A stretch of DNA of 14,783 bases from a bacterium (GTDB lineage Bacteria > Zhuqueibacterota > Zhuqueibacteria > Oceanimicrobiales > Oceanimicrobiaceae), in NCBI GenBank assembly GCA_037446635.1, contig JBBIIG010000086.1:1-14783 (forward strand), read 5' to 3'. Numbering within the stretch: position 1 is the stretch's first letter; every line of letters starts with the position of its first letter. Both the position numbers and the translations under genes were made by a program. Shown here one piece after another: positions 7,712 through 14,758 of the stretch. The notes beneath the pieces are model-generated. The model saw nothing but the letters and a program-made list of their open reading frames with translations. It was not told the origin of the DNA and did not search any database.

Positions 7712-7804
7712 AGATTGAGTCTTCCTCGGGCGATTCAAAATTAGTGCTATCGTTAAACTCAATAGCCCAACAATAACGAACGTTATAGTAAGCAGTTCAA
7801 TCAT
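7706..7804 (-). CDS. Unannotated 32-aa single-helix membrane peptide
   Basis: MIELLTITFVIVGLLSLTIALILNRPRKTQSK*: a ~20-residue hydrophobic run with a basic tail. The ATG overlaps the upstream stop (ATGATTGA). Shorter than any ORF listed in the track. Confidence 0.6.
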   Translation of the reverse strand: MIELLTITFVIVGLLSLTIALILNRPRKTQSK

Positions 7805-8033
7805 TGACTGGCCTTTTTAAATAATTCAAGTTCTTCTGCTTTTTAATGAACAAAGCTCCAGACAAGTAGAGAAGAAGCGATGAAATAACACCACCGGCGA
7901 TTAACCAAAAAATCAAGGCAATATCTGTAACCTGACGTATCACCAAATTCGCCAACTGTCCAACCACTAAAACAGCCAAAAAGATATTAGCCAACTGCAA
8001 TAAGCTTTTGCCAACTTCTTGTCTCCATCTCAT
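7797..8033 (-). CDS. Small two-TM membrane protein (78 aa), reminiscent of DUF6722-like proteins
   Basis: MRWRQEVGKSLLQLANIFLAVLVVGQL...IALIFWLIAGGVISSLLLYLSGALFIKK. GGAG lies upstream of ATG 8033; an alternative TTG at 8063 overlaps the HIT stop. The family resemblance is from memory only. Confidence 0.65.
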   Translation of the reverse strand: MRWRQEVGKSLLQLANIFLAVLVVGQLANLVIRQVTDIALIFWLIAGGVISSLLLYLSGALFIKKQKNLNYLKRPVND

Positions 8034-8055
8034 GCTTGGATAGGCTCCGAGATCT

Positions 8056-8550
8056 TCAATCAAAAAATTTCTTCAACCGCTCCCACGTCTGCGCCAGCGC
8101 CTCGGAGATCACCTTCGTTTCCGCCACCACCGGCATGAAATTGGTGTCCGCGGCCCAGCGCGGGACAATATGAAAATGCAAATGGTCGTCGATGCCGGCG
8201 CCGGCAATCTCTCCCAAATTGATCCCAATGTTAAAGCCGTGGGGTCGAATGGTCTCTTTCAAAACTCGCAGCGATTTGGCGATGAGATTCATCATTTCCA
8301 GGCTCTCGTGCTCGGTTAAGCTTTCAAAATCGGCGGTGTGGCGATTGGGCACCACCATCAAGTGGCCGTTGTTGTAGGGATACTTATTCATTATAATGAA
8401 GTTGTGTTCACCGCGGTAGAGAATGAGATTTTTTTGATCGTCCTGCAATTGCAGCCGGGTGCAAAAAATGCAACCTTTTTCTTTCTCGCCCAAAATGTAC
8501 TCCATTCGCCACGGCGCCCATAAAATATGCGATTTGCGTTGAGCGCTCAT
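8056..8550 (-). CDS. HIT-family protein, Ap4A phosphorylase/hydrolase (Rv2613c/FHIT-like) subtype
   Basis: LWAPWRMEYI, CIFC, NKYPYNNGHLMVVP, GFNIGINLG..AGAGI, histidine triad HLHFHIVPRW, DTNFMP. ATGA overlap with the EF-G stop. Confidence 0.93.
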   Translation of the reverse strand: MSAQRKSHILWAPWRMEYILGEKEKGCIFCTRLQLQDDQKNLILYRGEHNFIIMNKYPYNNGHLMVVPNRHTADFESLTEHESLEMMNLIAKSLRVLKETIRPHGFNIGINLGEIAGAGIDDHLHFHIVPRWAADTNFMPVVAETKVISEALAQTWERLKKFFD

Positions 8551-10631
8551 TTATTTTTTTCTTCCTGGGCCGCGGCGATAATTTTCTGCGCCACCTCGTG
8601 GGGCACTTCTTCATAATGGGAGAATTTGCGGCGGTGGCTGCCGCGGCCTTGCGTCAACGATCGCAGCGTCGTGGAGTAGCGGTACATTTCGGCCAGCGGC
8701 ACTTTTGCTTTAATCACCTGAAACGGACCTTCCGCCTCCATCCCGGAAATCTTGCCGCGGCGGCTGGAGAGATCGCCCATTACGTCGCCCATGAATTCCT
8801 CCGGCACCGTTACCTCGACTTCGTAAATCGGCTCCAGCAACACCGGTTTGGCTTCCTGAAACGCTTTTTTGAAGCCCATGGAGCCGGCAATTTTAAACGC
8901 CATTTCCGAGGAATCGACGTCGTGGTAGCTGCCGTCGAAAACCGTTACCTTCACGTCCGTAACGCGGTAACCCGCAACCACCCCCTCTTCGAGCGCCTCC
9001 CGCACACCCTTCTCAACCGCCGGGATGTATTTTCCCGGAATAACTCCGCCGACGATGGCGTCCTCGAATTCAAAACCGGCGCCGCGCGGCAGCGGCTCCA
9101 ATTTCAACCAGCAATCGCCGTACTGGCCGCGGCCGCCAGATTGTTTTTTGTATTTGCCCTGGGCTTCGGCGCGACCGCGAATGGTTTCGCGATAGGGAAT
9201 GCGGGGCTCGGTTAAATTCACTTCGACGCCGAAGCGATCTTTGAGGCGCTTGACGATGATATCGAGATGAACTTCCCCCTGCCCGGAAATAATGGTTTGC
9301 CGCAATTCCGGATCGTAGGCGGAAACAAACGTCGGATCTTGCTCGTGCAGGGTGTGCAAGCCAGTGGAAATTTTTTCTTCATCGCCTTTGGATTTGGGTT
9401 CAATGGCTACCCGGATGACGGGCTCCGGAAATTCGATTCCCGCCAATACCACGGGATCGCGCTTGTCGCACAAGGTGTCGCCCGTGTGCGTGTCTCGCAG
9501 CTTGACGGTGGCGGCGATATCGCCGGCATTGAGAACTCCAATTTCTTTGCGGTTTTTGCCGTTCATCAGATAAATCTGTCCAATTTTTTCCGTTACCTGG
9601 CGGGTGGAGTTCAATACTTCCATCCCGCTGGTTAACTTTCCGGACATGATTTTGAAAAACGATAACTCGCCGACATGGGCCTCGGAGACCGTTTTAAAAA
9701 CCAACGCCGCCAGATGCCCATCTTCCCGGCATTCAATTTTTACTTGTTCTTCAGATTTGGGGCGTTTAGCGATTTCTGGCTCGCGCTCTTGCGGCGAGGG
9801 GCCGTATTCAGCGATGAAATCCAATAGCTCGTGGGTGCCAATGTTTTTGGCCGCCGCGCCGCACAAAACCGGGAAGATAGTTTGTTTCGCCACGCCGGCT
9901 TTCAGCCCTTGTTTAACTTCCTCGCTGCTGAGCTCCCCTTGTTCAAAAAACTTTTCGATGAGCTGGTCATCGCTTTCCGCCGCCAGCTCGATCAATTTTT
10001 CGTGCGCCTGCTGCGCCTGCGCCTTAAATTGCTCCGGAATCTCAGAAGTGGTGTGTTTGCCGGAGCCGTCTTTTTCATATTTGATTAGCGCCATTCTCAA
10101 GACGTCGATGAAGCTGTCGAACTGTTCGCCGGCATTAATTGGAATGTGAATGGGCACCACGCCGTTGCCGAAACGCGCCTGCGCCGTCTCCACACATTTC
10201 TTAAAATCGGCGTGTTCCTTATCGAGCCGGTTAATGAATAGCAGGCGCGCATCTCTGTAGCCCTGCGCAATTTTCCACACGCTCTCCGTTCCCACTTCCA
10301 CGCCGGCCACGGCGTTCAAAACCACTACCCCCAATTCGGCGACGCGCAGCGAGCCAATCACTTCGCCAATAAAATCCGAGTATCCCGGCGCATCCAGAAT
10401 ATTCAACTTGCAATTTTTCCAGGCGCAGTGCAAAAGCGACGAGCTAATGGAAATTTTGCGGGAAATTTCATCGACGTTGTAATCGGAGATTGTTGAGCCG
10501 TCGTCCACTTTTCCCAGGCGATTGGTTTCGCCGGCCGTAAACAGCATGGCTTCCGAAAGCGTGGTTTTGCCGACCGTGGCGTGCCCGATGATGGCGCAGT
10601 TGCGGATATTCATAGAGAGATATTCTTTCAC
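8547..10631 (-). CDS. fusA: Elongation factor G paralogue (EF-G2/FusA2 type)
   Basis: Full EF-G architecture (GDTL, GQGEVHLDI, PRIPYRETI, KKQSGGRGQYG, SYHDVDSSEMAF, LLEPI) with divergent G motifs (GHATVGKTT, RKISI, DAPGY, NRLD), and located outside the rpsL-rpsG-fusA-tuf operon. GTG start at 10631 follows SD AAGGGAGG. Confidence 0.93.
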   Translation of the reverse strand: MKEYLSMNIRNCAIIGHATVGKTTLSEAMLFTAGETNRLGKVDDGSTISDYNVDEISRKISISSSLLHCAWKNCKLNILDAPGYSDFIGEVIGSLRVAELGVVVLNAVAGVEVGTESVWKIAQGYRDARLLFINRLDKEHADFKKCVETAQARFGNGVVPIHIPINAGEQFDSFIDVLRMALIKYEKDGSGKHTTSEIPEQFKAQAQQAHEKLIELAAESDDQLIEKFFEQGELSSEEVKQGLKAGVAKQTIFPVLCGAAAKNIGTHELLDFIAEYGPSPQEREPEIAKRPKSEEQVKIECREDGHLAALVFKTVSEAHVGELSFFKIMSGKLTSGMEVLNSTRQVTEKIGQIYLMNGKNRKEIGVLNAGDIAATVKLRDTHTGDTLCDKRDPVVLAGIEFPEPVIRVAIEPKSKGDEEKISTGLHTLHEQDPTFVSAYDPELRQTIISGQGEVHLDIIVKRLKDRFGVEVNLTEPRIPYRETIRGRAEAQGKYKKQSGGRGQYGDCWLKLEPLPRGAGFEFEDAIVGGVIPGKYIPAVEKGVREALEEGVVAGYRVTDVKVTVFDGSYHDVDSSEMAFKIAGSMGFKKAFQEAKPVLLEPIYEVEVTVPEEFMGDVMGDLSSRRGKISGMEAEGPFQVIKAKVPLAEMYRYSTTLRSLTQGRGSHRRKFSHYEEVPHEVAQKIIAAAQEEKNK

Positions 10632-10657
10632 GTTTGCCTCCCTTTCATTCAATAAAT

Positions 10658-12124
10658 TTAAGAATGAACAATATCGATAAATTTAGGGCATTTGTAGGCT
10701 GGCAAATTTTGGCGGCAATAGGCGGCTAACTCGTCTTTGCTCACATGATTGCCGTTGGCCAGCGTCACCAGGGCTTTGATTTCCTGGCCGAGAATCTCAT
10801 CGCGCACGCCGATGATGGCCGCCTCCTGCACCTTCGGGTGTTGGGTCAAAAGGGCTTTGATTTCATTTGGGTAAATCTCGAAGCCGCCTTTAACGATCAA
10901 ATCCTGTTTCCGGCCCACGACGTAAAGATGGCCGAGGGCATCGAATTTTCCGAGATCGCCGGTGCGAAACCAGCCATCAGATGTTAACGGCGGCGAAGGG
11001 TTGGGCTCGCCGGCGCTGAGATACTCCCGCGCTACCGCTTCGCTTTGGATTAAAATTTCACCCACGGTGTCGATATCCACGTTGCAGTTCTGCGCATCCA
11101 CAATTTTGATTTGAAAGCCAATGCTGGGAAAACCCACGGACTCATTTTGGGGATGATATCGTGGATCATAGACGCTTACAAAAGGGCCGGCCTCGGTTAG
11201 GCCGTAACCCTGAATAACTGGCGCGCCAAACTTCTCTTGAAACTCGAAGCGGCAGGCGGCGCTCAGTTGCGTATCCACACACAGCGCCGCCAGCAAGTTA
11301 GGTGCGTTAGTAAAATCGTTGTGCTTTTGAATCATCTCTTTTAAAATAGCGGCCGGCGCAACCAGCAAAATATCCTGATGAGAATGCAAGGCAGCAATCA
11401 GCTCTGCCCACTCGATGCGGGCAAACGGAATCGCGGTGTAACCAAAGAGCAGCGGCGCCACCATTGAAGCAATGTTAGCCAAGGACCCGCTATATGGCAG
11501 GAGGCCAAAAACCACGGCTTTGTTTTCAAACGACAGCGCCCAGCGCGCCGCCTGAATTTGGTAGTTAAGATTCTGCTGGCTCAAAGCAACGGCTTTAGGA
11601 GAACCACTGGCGCCGGCAGTGTGAAAAATCACCGGCTGCCAATCGCCGGGAATGGCCGGCTCGCCAGTCAAAGGTTCGGAATCGGCGATTAGACTGGTGA
11701 GATTATGAGAATTTTGGAAAACGGTTTCGCCTAAGGTGATGCGAATCATGTTGGGGGAAACATTCGCCACCGCGGACTGAATCGCATCGAAGAAACGATC
11801 CCAGGCAATAATCCCTTTCACCGCGCAAACTCGCAGCGCCGTCTCCACGCTTGCGGGGTCGTTCGTTGAGTGCAAGGGAACGGCCGTGGCGCCCACTCGG
11901 TTGATGGCAAAAAAGCTAATGACAAATTGTGGAATATTGGGCAGCAGCAGCGCAACGCGATCGCCGGCCGACACCCCTAAATTGGAAAGCGCGCTGGCAA
12001 GCCGGTCGATGGCGTCCAGCAGTCTTTTGTAGGTTATGGGGTGATTTCCAAATATGATGGCCGTTTTATTTTCATGCTTGAGCGCAGTGCTTTTGAGTTC
12101 GTGATATAAACTTTTATAAAGCAT
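10658..12124 (-). CDS. Long-chain acyl-CoA ligase-like AMP-binding (ANL superfamily) protein with degenerate catalytic motifs
   Basis: GDRVALLLPN, QGYGLTE, GEILI, GWFRTGDLG, GRKQDLIVKGG..IYP.EI, HPKVQEAAIIG, LPAYKCPK. P-loop reads HTAGASGSPK; the protein ends before the PxxxxGK motif. Start ATG 12124 or TTG 12130. Confidence 0.88.
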   Translation of the reverse strand: MLYKSLYHELKSTALKHENKTAIIFGNHPITYKRLLDAIDRLASALSNLGVSAGDRVALLLPNIPQFVISFFAINRVGATAVPLHSTNDPASVETALRVCAVKGIIAWDRFFDAIQSAVANVSPNMIRITLGETVFQNSHNLTSLIADSEPLTGEPAIPGDWQPVIFHTAGASGSPKAVALSQQNLNYQIQAARWALSFENKAVVFGLLPYSGSLANIASMVAPLLFGYTAIPFARIEWAELIAALHSHQDILLVAPAAILKEMIQKHNDFTNAPNLLAALCVDTQLSAACRFEFQEKFGAPVIQGYGLTEAGPFVSVYDPRYHPQNESVGFPSIGFQIKIVDAQNCNVDIDTVGEILIQSEAVAREYLSAGEPNPSPPLTSDGWFRTGDLGKFDALGHLYVVGRKQDLIVKGGFEIYPNEIKALLTQHPKVQEAAIIGVRDEILGQEIKALVTLANGNHVSKDELAAYCRQNLPAYKCPKFIDIVHS

Positions 12125-12153
12125 GGGCAAAAAACAATTTCGATTAACGGTGG

Positions 12154-12501
12154 CTACTTGCGCGAGAAACTCTGCGCCGCGCCCTCGGCAGTTCCATAAG
12201 TCTCGAAGATGGTATTCAGCTTGGTCATAACCAGAATTCCTTCCATGGTCTCGTTGATGCCTGCCAATTTCATGTCGCCGTTTTTGTTGCGTAAAGAGGT
12301 CAAACCCTGAATGAGAATTCCGAGACCGGAGCTATTCATTCTTTTGACATCGGCGAGATTCACCACCACTTTGTTGATGCCTTTTTCAAGATACTTGTAA
12401 ATCGCATCTTTGAATTCCTGAGAATCCGGCGGACCGCCCATGATTTTACCGCTGATATCCAAAATAACCACATCCCCGCTCACTCTCTCTTTTATTTTCA
12501 T
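12154..12501 (-). CDS. STAS-domain anti-sigma-factor antagonist (SpoIIAA/RsbV-like)
   Basis: VVILDISGKI, VVVNLADVKRMNSSGLGIL (contains the phosphorylatable Ser position), GDMKLA, MTKLNTIFE. Strong SD AGGAGGAG. Confidence 0.93.
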   Translation of the reverse strand: MKIKERVSGDVVILDISGKIMGGPPDSQEFKDAIYKYLEKGINKVVVNLADVKRMNSSGLGILIQGLTSLRNKNGDMKLAGINETMEGILVMTKLNTIFETYGTAEGAAQSFSRK

Positions 12502-12569
12502 ATCTCCTCCTCGAAACGGTTAGACGAGCAACATCTCAGGTGGGTTAGGGTGCGTTCAAAAGTCTTGTA

Positions 12570-12598
12570 ATAATAAGATAAATGTCCCTAAAAGTCAA
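12570..12598 (-). promoter_or_regulatory. sigma70 promoter of the STAS-ligase-EF-G2-HIT operon
   Basis: Minus strand TTGACT (12598-12593), 17-nt spacer, TATTAT (12575-12570). Confidence 0.7.
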
Positions 12599-12675
12599 GA
12601 GAAAGTTTGTCGCTGGAAATGGCCGTAAGTTATCGTATAATAAAGTTAATAGCGCAGGTCGAAAAGATTTTTTTG

Positions 12676-12704
12676 TTGACTTGAATGGTCAATTTTTGTA
12701 TATT
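12676..12704 (+). promoter_or_regulatory. sigma70 promoter of rpsT
   Basis: TTGACT (12676-12681), 17-nt spacer, TATATT (12699-12704), with an AT-rich upstream tract. Confidence 0.72.
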
Positions 12705-12740
12705 CGGCCATTCAAAACCAAAAAGGAAAGAGCGAACTTA

Positions 12741-12995
12741 ATGTCACAATCAGCAGTTAAACGAGCACGAAAAAGCAAAAGAGAACGGCAACACAACAAA
12801 AGTTATAAATCGCTGATGAAAACCGCCATCAAGAAGGTGCTGGCCTCACCAGATAAAGAGAGCGCCCAAAAAGAATTGGTGCAGGCGGTATCCATCCTCG
12901 ATAAACTGGCGGCCAAAAAAATCATTCACAAAAACAAAGCCGCGAACCAAAAGTCGCGGCTGACCCTTTTCGTCAATCGCATGACCGCAGCTTAA
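12741..12995 (+). CDS. rpsT: 30S ribosomal protein S20
   Basis: SAVKRARK, NKSYKSLMKTAIKK, LDKLAAKKIIHKNKAANQKSRL; 84 aa from ATG 12741. Confidence 0.96.
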   Translation: MSQSAVKRARKSKRERQHNKSYKSLMKTAIKKVLASPDKESAQKELVQAVSILDKLAAKKIIHKNKAANQKSRLTLFVNRMTAA

Positions 12996-13007
12996 GCTTA
13001 AGCTGCG
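12986..13007. repeat. Perfect 22-bp palindrome spanning the rpsT stop codon
   Basis: CGCAGCTTAAGCTTAAGCTGCG equals its own reverse complement. Confidence 0.9.
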
Positions 13008-13014
13008 AAGATAT

Positions 13015-13087
13015 GAAACCGGGTAAGCAAATCAAAACCGGTAACTCCCCCTAATCCCGGTTGAGATGGCTTGCTCGGTTTCTTTTT
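13015..13087 (+). terminator. Long hairpin with U-tract between convergent rpsT and guaB
   Basis: GAAACCGGGTAAGC (13015-13028) pairs with GCTTGCTCGGTTTC (13069-13082; two G-U pairs). Inner ATC/GAT and AACCGG/CCGGTT stems; followed by TTTTT. Confidence 0.6.
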
Positions 13088-14546
13088 ATGCCTTGTTGTA
13101 ATTGGGCGCCTCCTGAGTGATGGTCACATCGTGGGGGTGACTTTCGATTAGACCCGCCGAGCTAATTTTGACGAAGCGTCCGTTCCGCTTCAAATCCGCA
13201 ATGGTTCTGGTTCCGCAATACCCCATGGCGGCGCGCAACCCGCCAACCATTTGATACACCACCTCCGAAATTTTTCCACGATACGGCACGCGGCCTTCGA
13301 TGCCTTCGGGCACCATTTTTTTGGCATCGGTTTCTTCCGCCTGGAAATAGCGATCGGCGCTGCCCTGCTTCATGGCAGAGATAGAACCCATGCCGCGGTA
13401 AACTTTGAAAATGCGACCGCCCAGGAATATTTTCTCGCCCGGACTCTCTTCGGTGCCGGCAAACAAACTGCCCACCATCACCGAGTCGGCGCCGGCGGCA
13501 ATGGCTTTGGCGATATCGCCGGTCTGTTTGATGCCGCCGTCGGAAATGAGCGGCGCGCCGTGCTTCTGGCACACTTCGGCGCAGTTCATCACCGCGGTAA
13601 TTTGCGGCATCCCGACCCCGGCGATCACCCGCGTGGTGCAGATGGTTCCCGGCCCCATGCCCACTTTCACGGCGTCGGCGCCGGCGTCGATGAGCGCGCT
13701 GGCGCCCTCAGCGGTGGCGACGTTGCCGGCGATTACTTCCACTTCAGGGAAATTCTTCTTCAGTGATCGCACCATTTCAATGACTCCTTTCGAATGCCCG
13801 TGCGCCGTATCCACGACAAGTACATCCACCTGCGCAGCGATCAGCGCCTCCGCCCGCTCGAGGGTGTCCGTGGCGACACCCACCGCCGCGCCCACTCGCA
13901 ACCGCCCGTTTTGATCCTTCGCGGCCAACGGAAACGTGCGCTTTTTCTGAATATCTTTAACCGTAATCAATCCCTTCAACCGGCCAGACTTGTCCACCAC
14001 CGGCAGCTTTTCGATGCGATGCTTTTGCAGAATTTTCTCCGCCTGCTCCAGCGTCGTGCCCTCCGCGGCGGTGATCAAATTCTCCCGGGTCATCACTTCG
14101 CGAATGGGCAGCGCGGTGTTCAGCTCGAATCTCAAATCGCGGTTGGTGAGAATGCCGATCAGCTTATCATCCTCAACGATGGGAATTCCGGAAATGCTGT
14201 AGCGCCGCATCAGGGCCAGCGCCTCCGCGATGGTGGCGTCGGCGGTCAGGGTGATGGGGTTGCTGATCATACCGCTTTCCGAGCGCTTGACGCGATCCAC
14301 CTCCTCGGCCTGGCGCTGAACCGACATATTTTTGTGAATGATGCCCATGCCGCCCTCGCGCGCCAAAGCAATCGCCAGTTCCGACTCGGTCACCGTGTCC
14401 ATCGCGGCGGAAACCACTGGAACGTTGAGCTGGATGTTTCGCGTCAGCCGGGTGCGGGTGTCGGTTTCTTTAGGCAGAACTTCGGAGTACGCCGGAATCA
14501 ACAACACGTCGTCAAAGGTAAAGGCCTCGCCGCGAATCTTCTCCAT
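13086..14546 (-). CDS. guaB: IMP dehydrogenase with CBS pair
   Basis: [21 protein letters not shown] region ([20 protein letters not shown]), DTAHGHS, catalytic loop [28 protein letters not shown] 14546 follows SD GGAGTG. Confidence 0.98.
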   Translation of the reverse strand: MEKIRGEAFTFDDVLLIPAYSEVLPKETDTRTRLTRNIQLNVPVVSAAMDTVTESELAIALAREGGMGIIHKNMSVQRQAEEVDRVKRSESGMISNPITLTADATIAEALALMRRYSISGIPIVEDDKLIGILTNRDLRFELNTALPIREVMTRENLITAAEGTTLEQAEKILQKHRIEKLPVVDKSGRLKGLITVKDIQKKRTFPLAAKDQNGRLRVGAAVGVATDTLERAEALIAAQVDVLVVDTAHGHSKGVIEMVRSLKKNFPEVEVIAGNVATAEGASALIDAGADAVKVGMGPGTICTTRVIAGVGMPQITAVMNCAEVCQKHGAPLISDGGIKQTGDIAKAIAAGADSVMVGSLFAGTEESPGEKIFLGGRIFKVYRGMGSISAMKQGSADRYFQAEETDAKKMVPEGIEGRVPYRGKISEVVYQMVGGLRAAMGYCGTRTIADLKRNGRFVKISSAGLIESHPHDVTITQEAPNYNKA

Positions 14547-14573
14547 AAAAATCACTCCAAAAAATTTCGGTGG

Positions 14574-14603
14574 AATGTAACTAAAATGATCGAAAAGAAT
14601 CAA
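14574..14603 (-). promoter_or_regulatory. Possible sigma70 promoter of guaB
   Basis: Minus strand TTGATT (14603-14598), 18-nt spacer, TACATT (14579-14574). Confidence 0.4.
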
Positions 14604-14736
14604 TTTATTTTTGGCCGCATCAACTGCTGAGAAAACGAAAGGCCGTAGTTGTTTTGGGAGTTTTGCTTTTATTCGGAAGAGCGTTCAGCTTAGGCGAAAA
14701 GCTGACTTATTTACTGGATGTAAAAATTTTCAGATC

Positions 14737-14758
14737 GCCTGATGATGAATCATCAGGC
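14737..14758. repeat. Perfect 10-bp inverted repeat with a 2-nt spacer
   Basis: GCCTGATGAT-GA-ATCATCAGGC. Confidence 0.85.

Noticed and set aside
7559..7744. 61-aa plus-strand ORF after the protease
   Set aside because: No SD, overlaps the protease end and the hairpins; the opposite-strand 32-aa peptide is better supported.
8598..10149. Plus-strand ORFs opposite EF-G
   Set aside because: Antisense shadows of a conserved gene.
10632..10680. Possible frameshift or readthrough restoring the ligase GK motif
   Set aside because: In-frame readthrough meets another stop after two codons (TAA ATT TAT TGA), and the other frames show no PxxxxGK.
12582..12740. 53-aa N-terminal extension of S20 in the ORF track
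   Set aside because: It spans two divergent promoters; S20 similarity begins at ATG 12741.
13636..13660. IMPDH catalytic loop GPGTIC instead of the common GPGSIC
   Set aside because: A conservative Ser-to-Thr change with the catalytic Cys intact; no reason to infer altered function.
13162..14630. Several long ORFs overlapping guaB
   Set aside because: Antisense or alternate-frame shadows of IMPDH.
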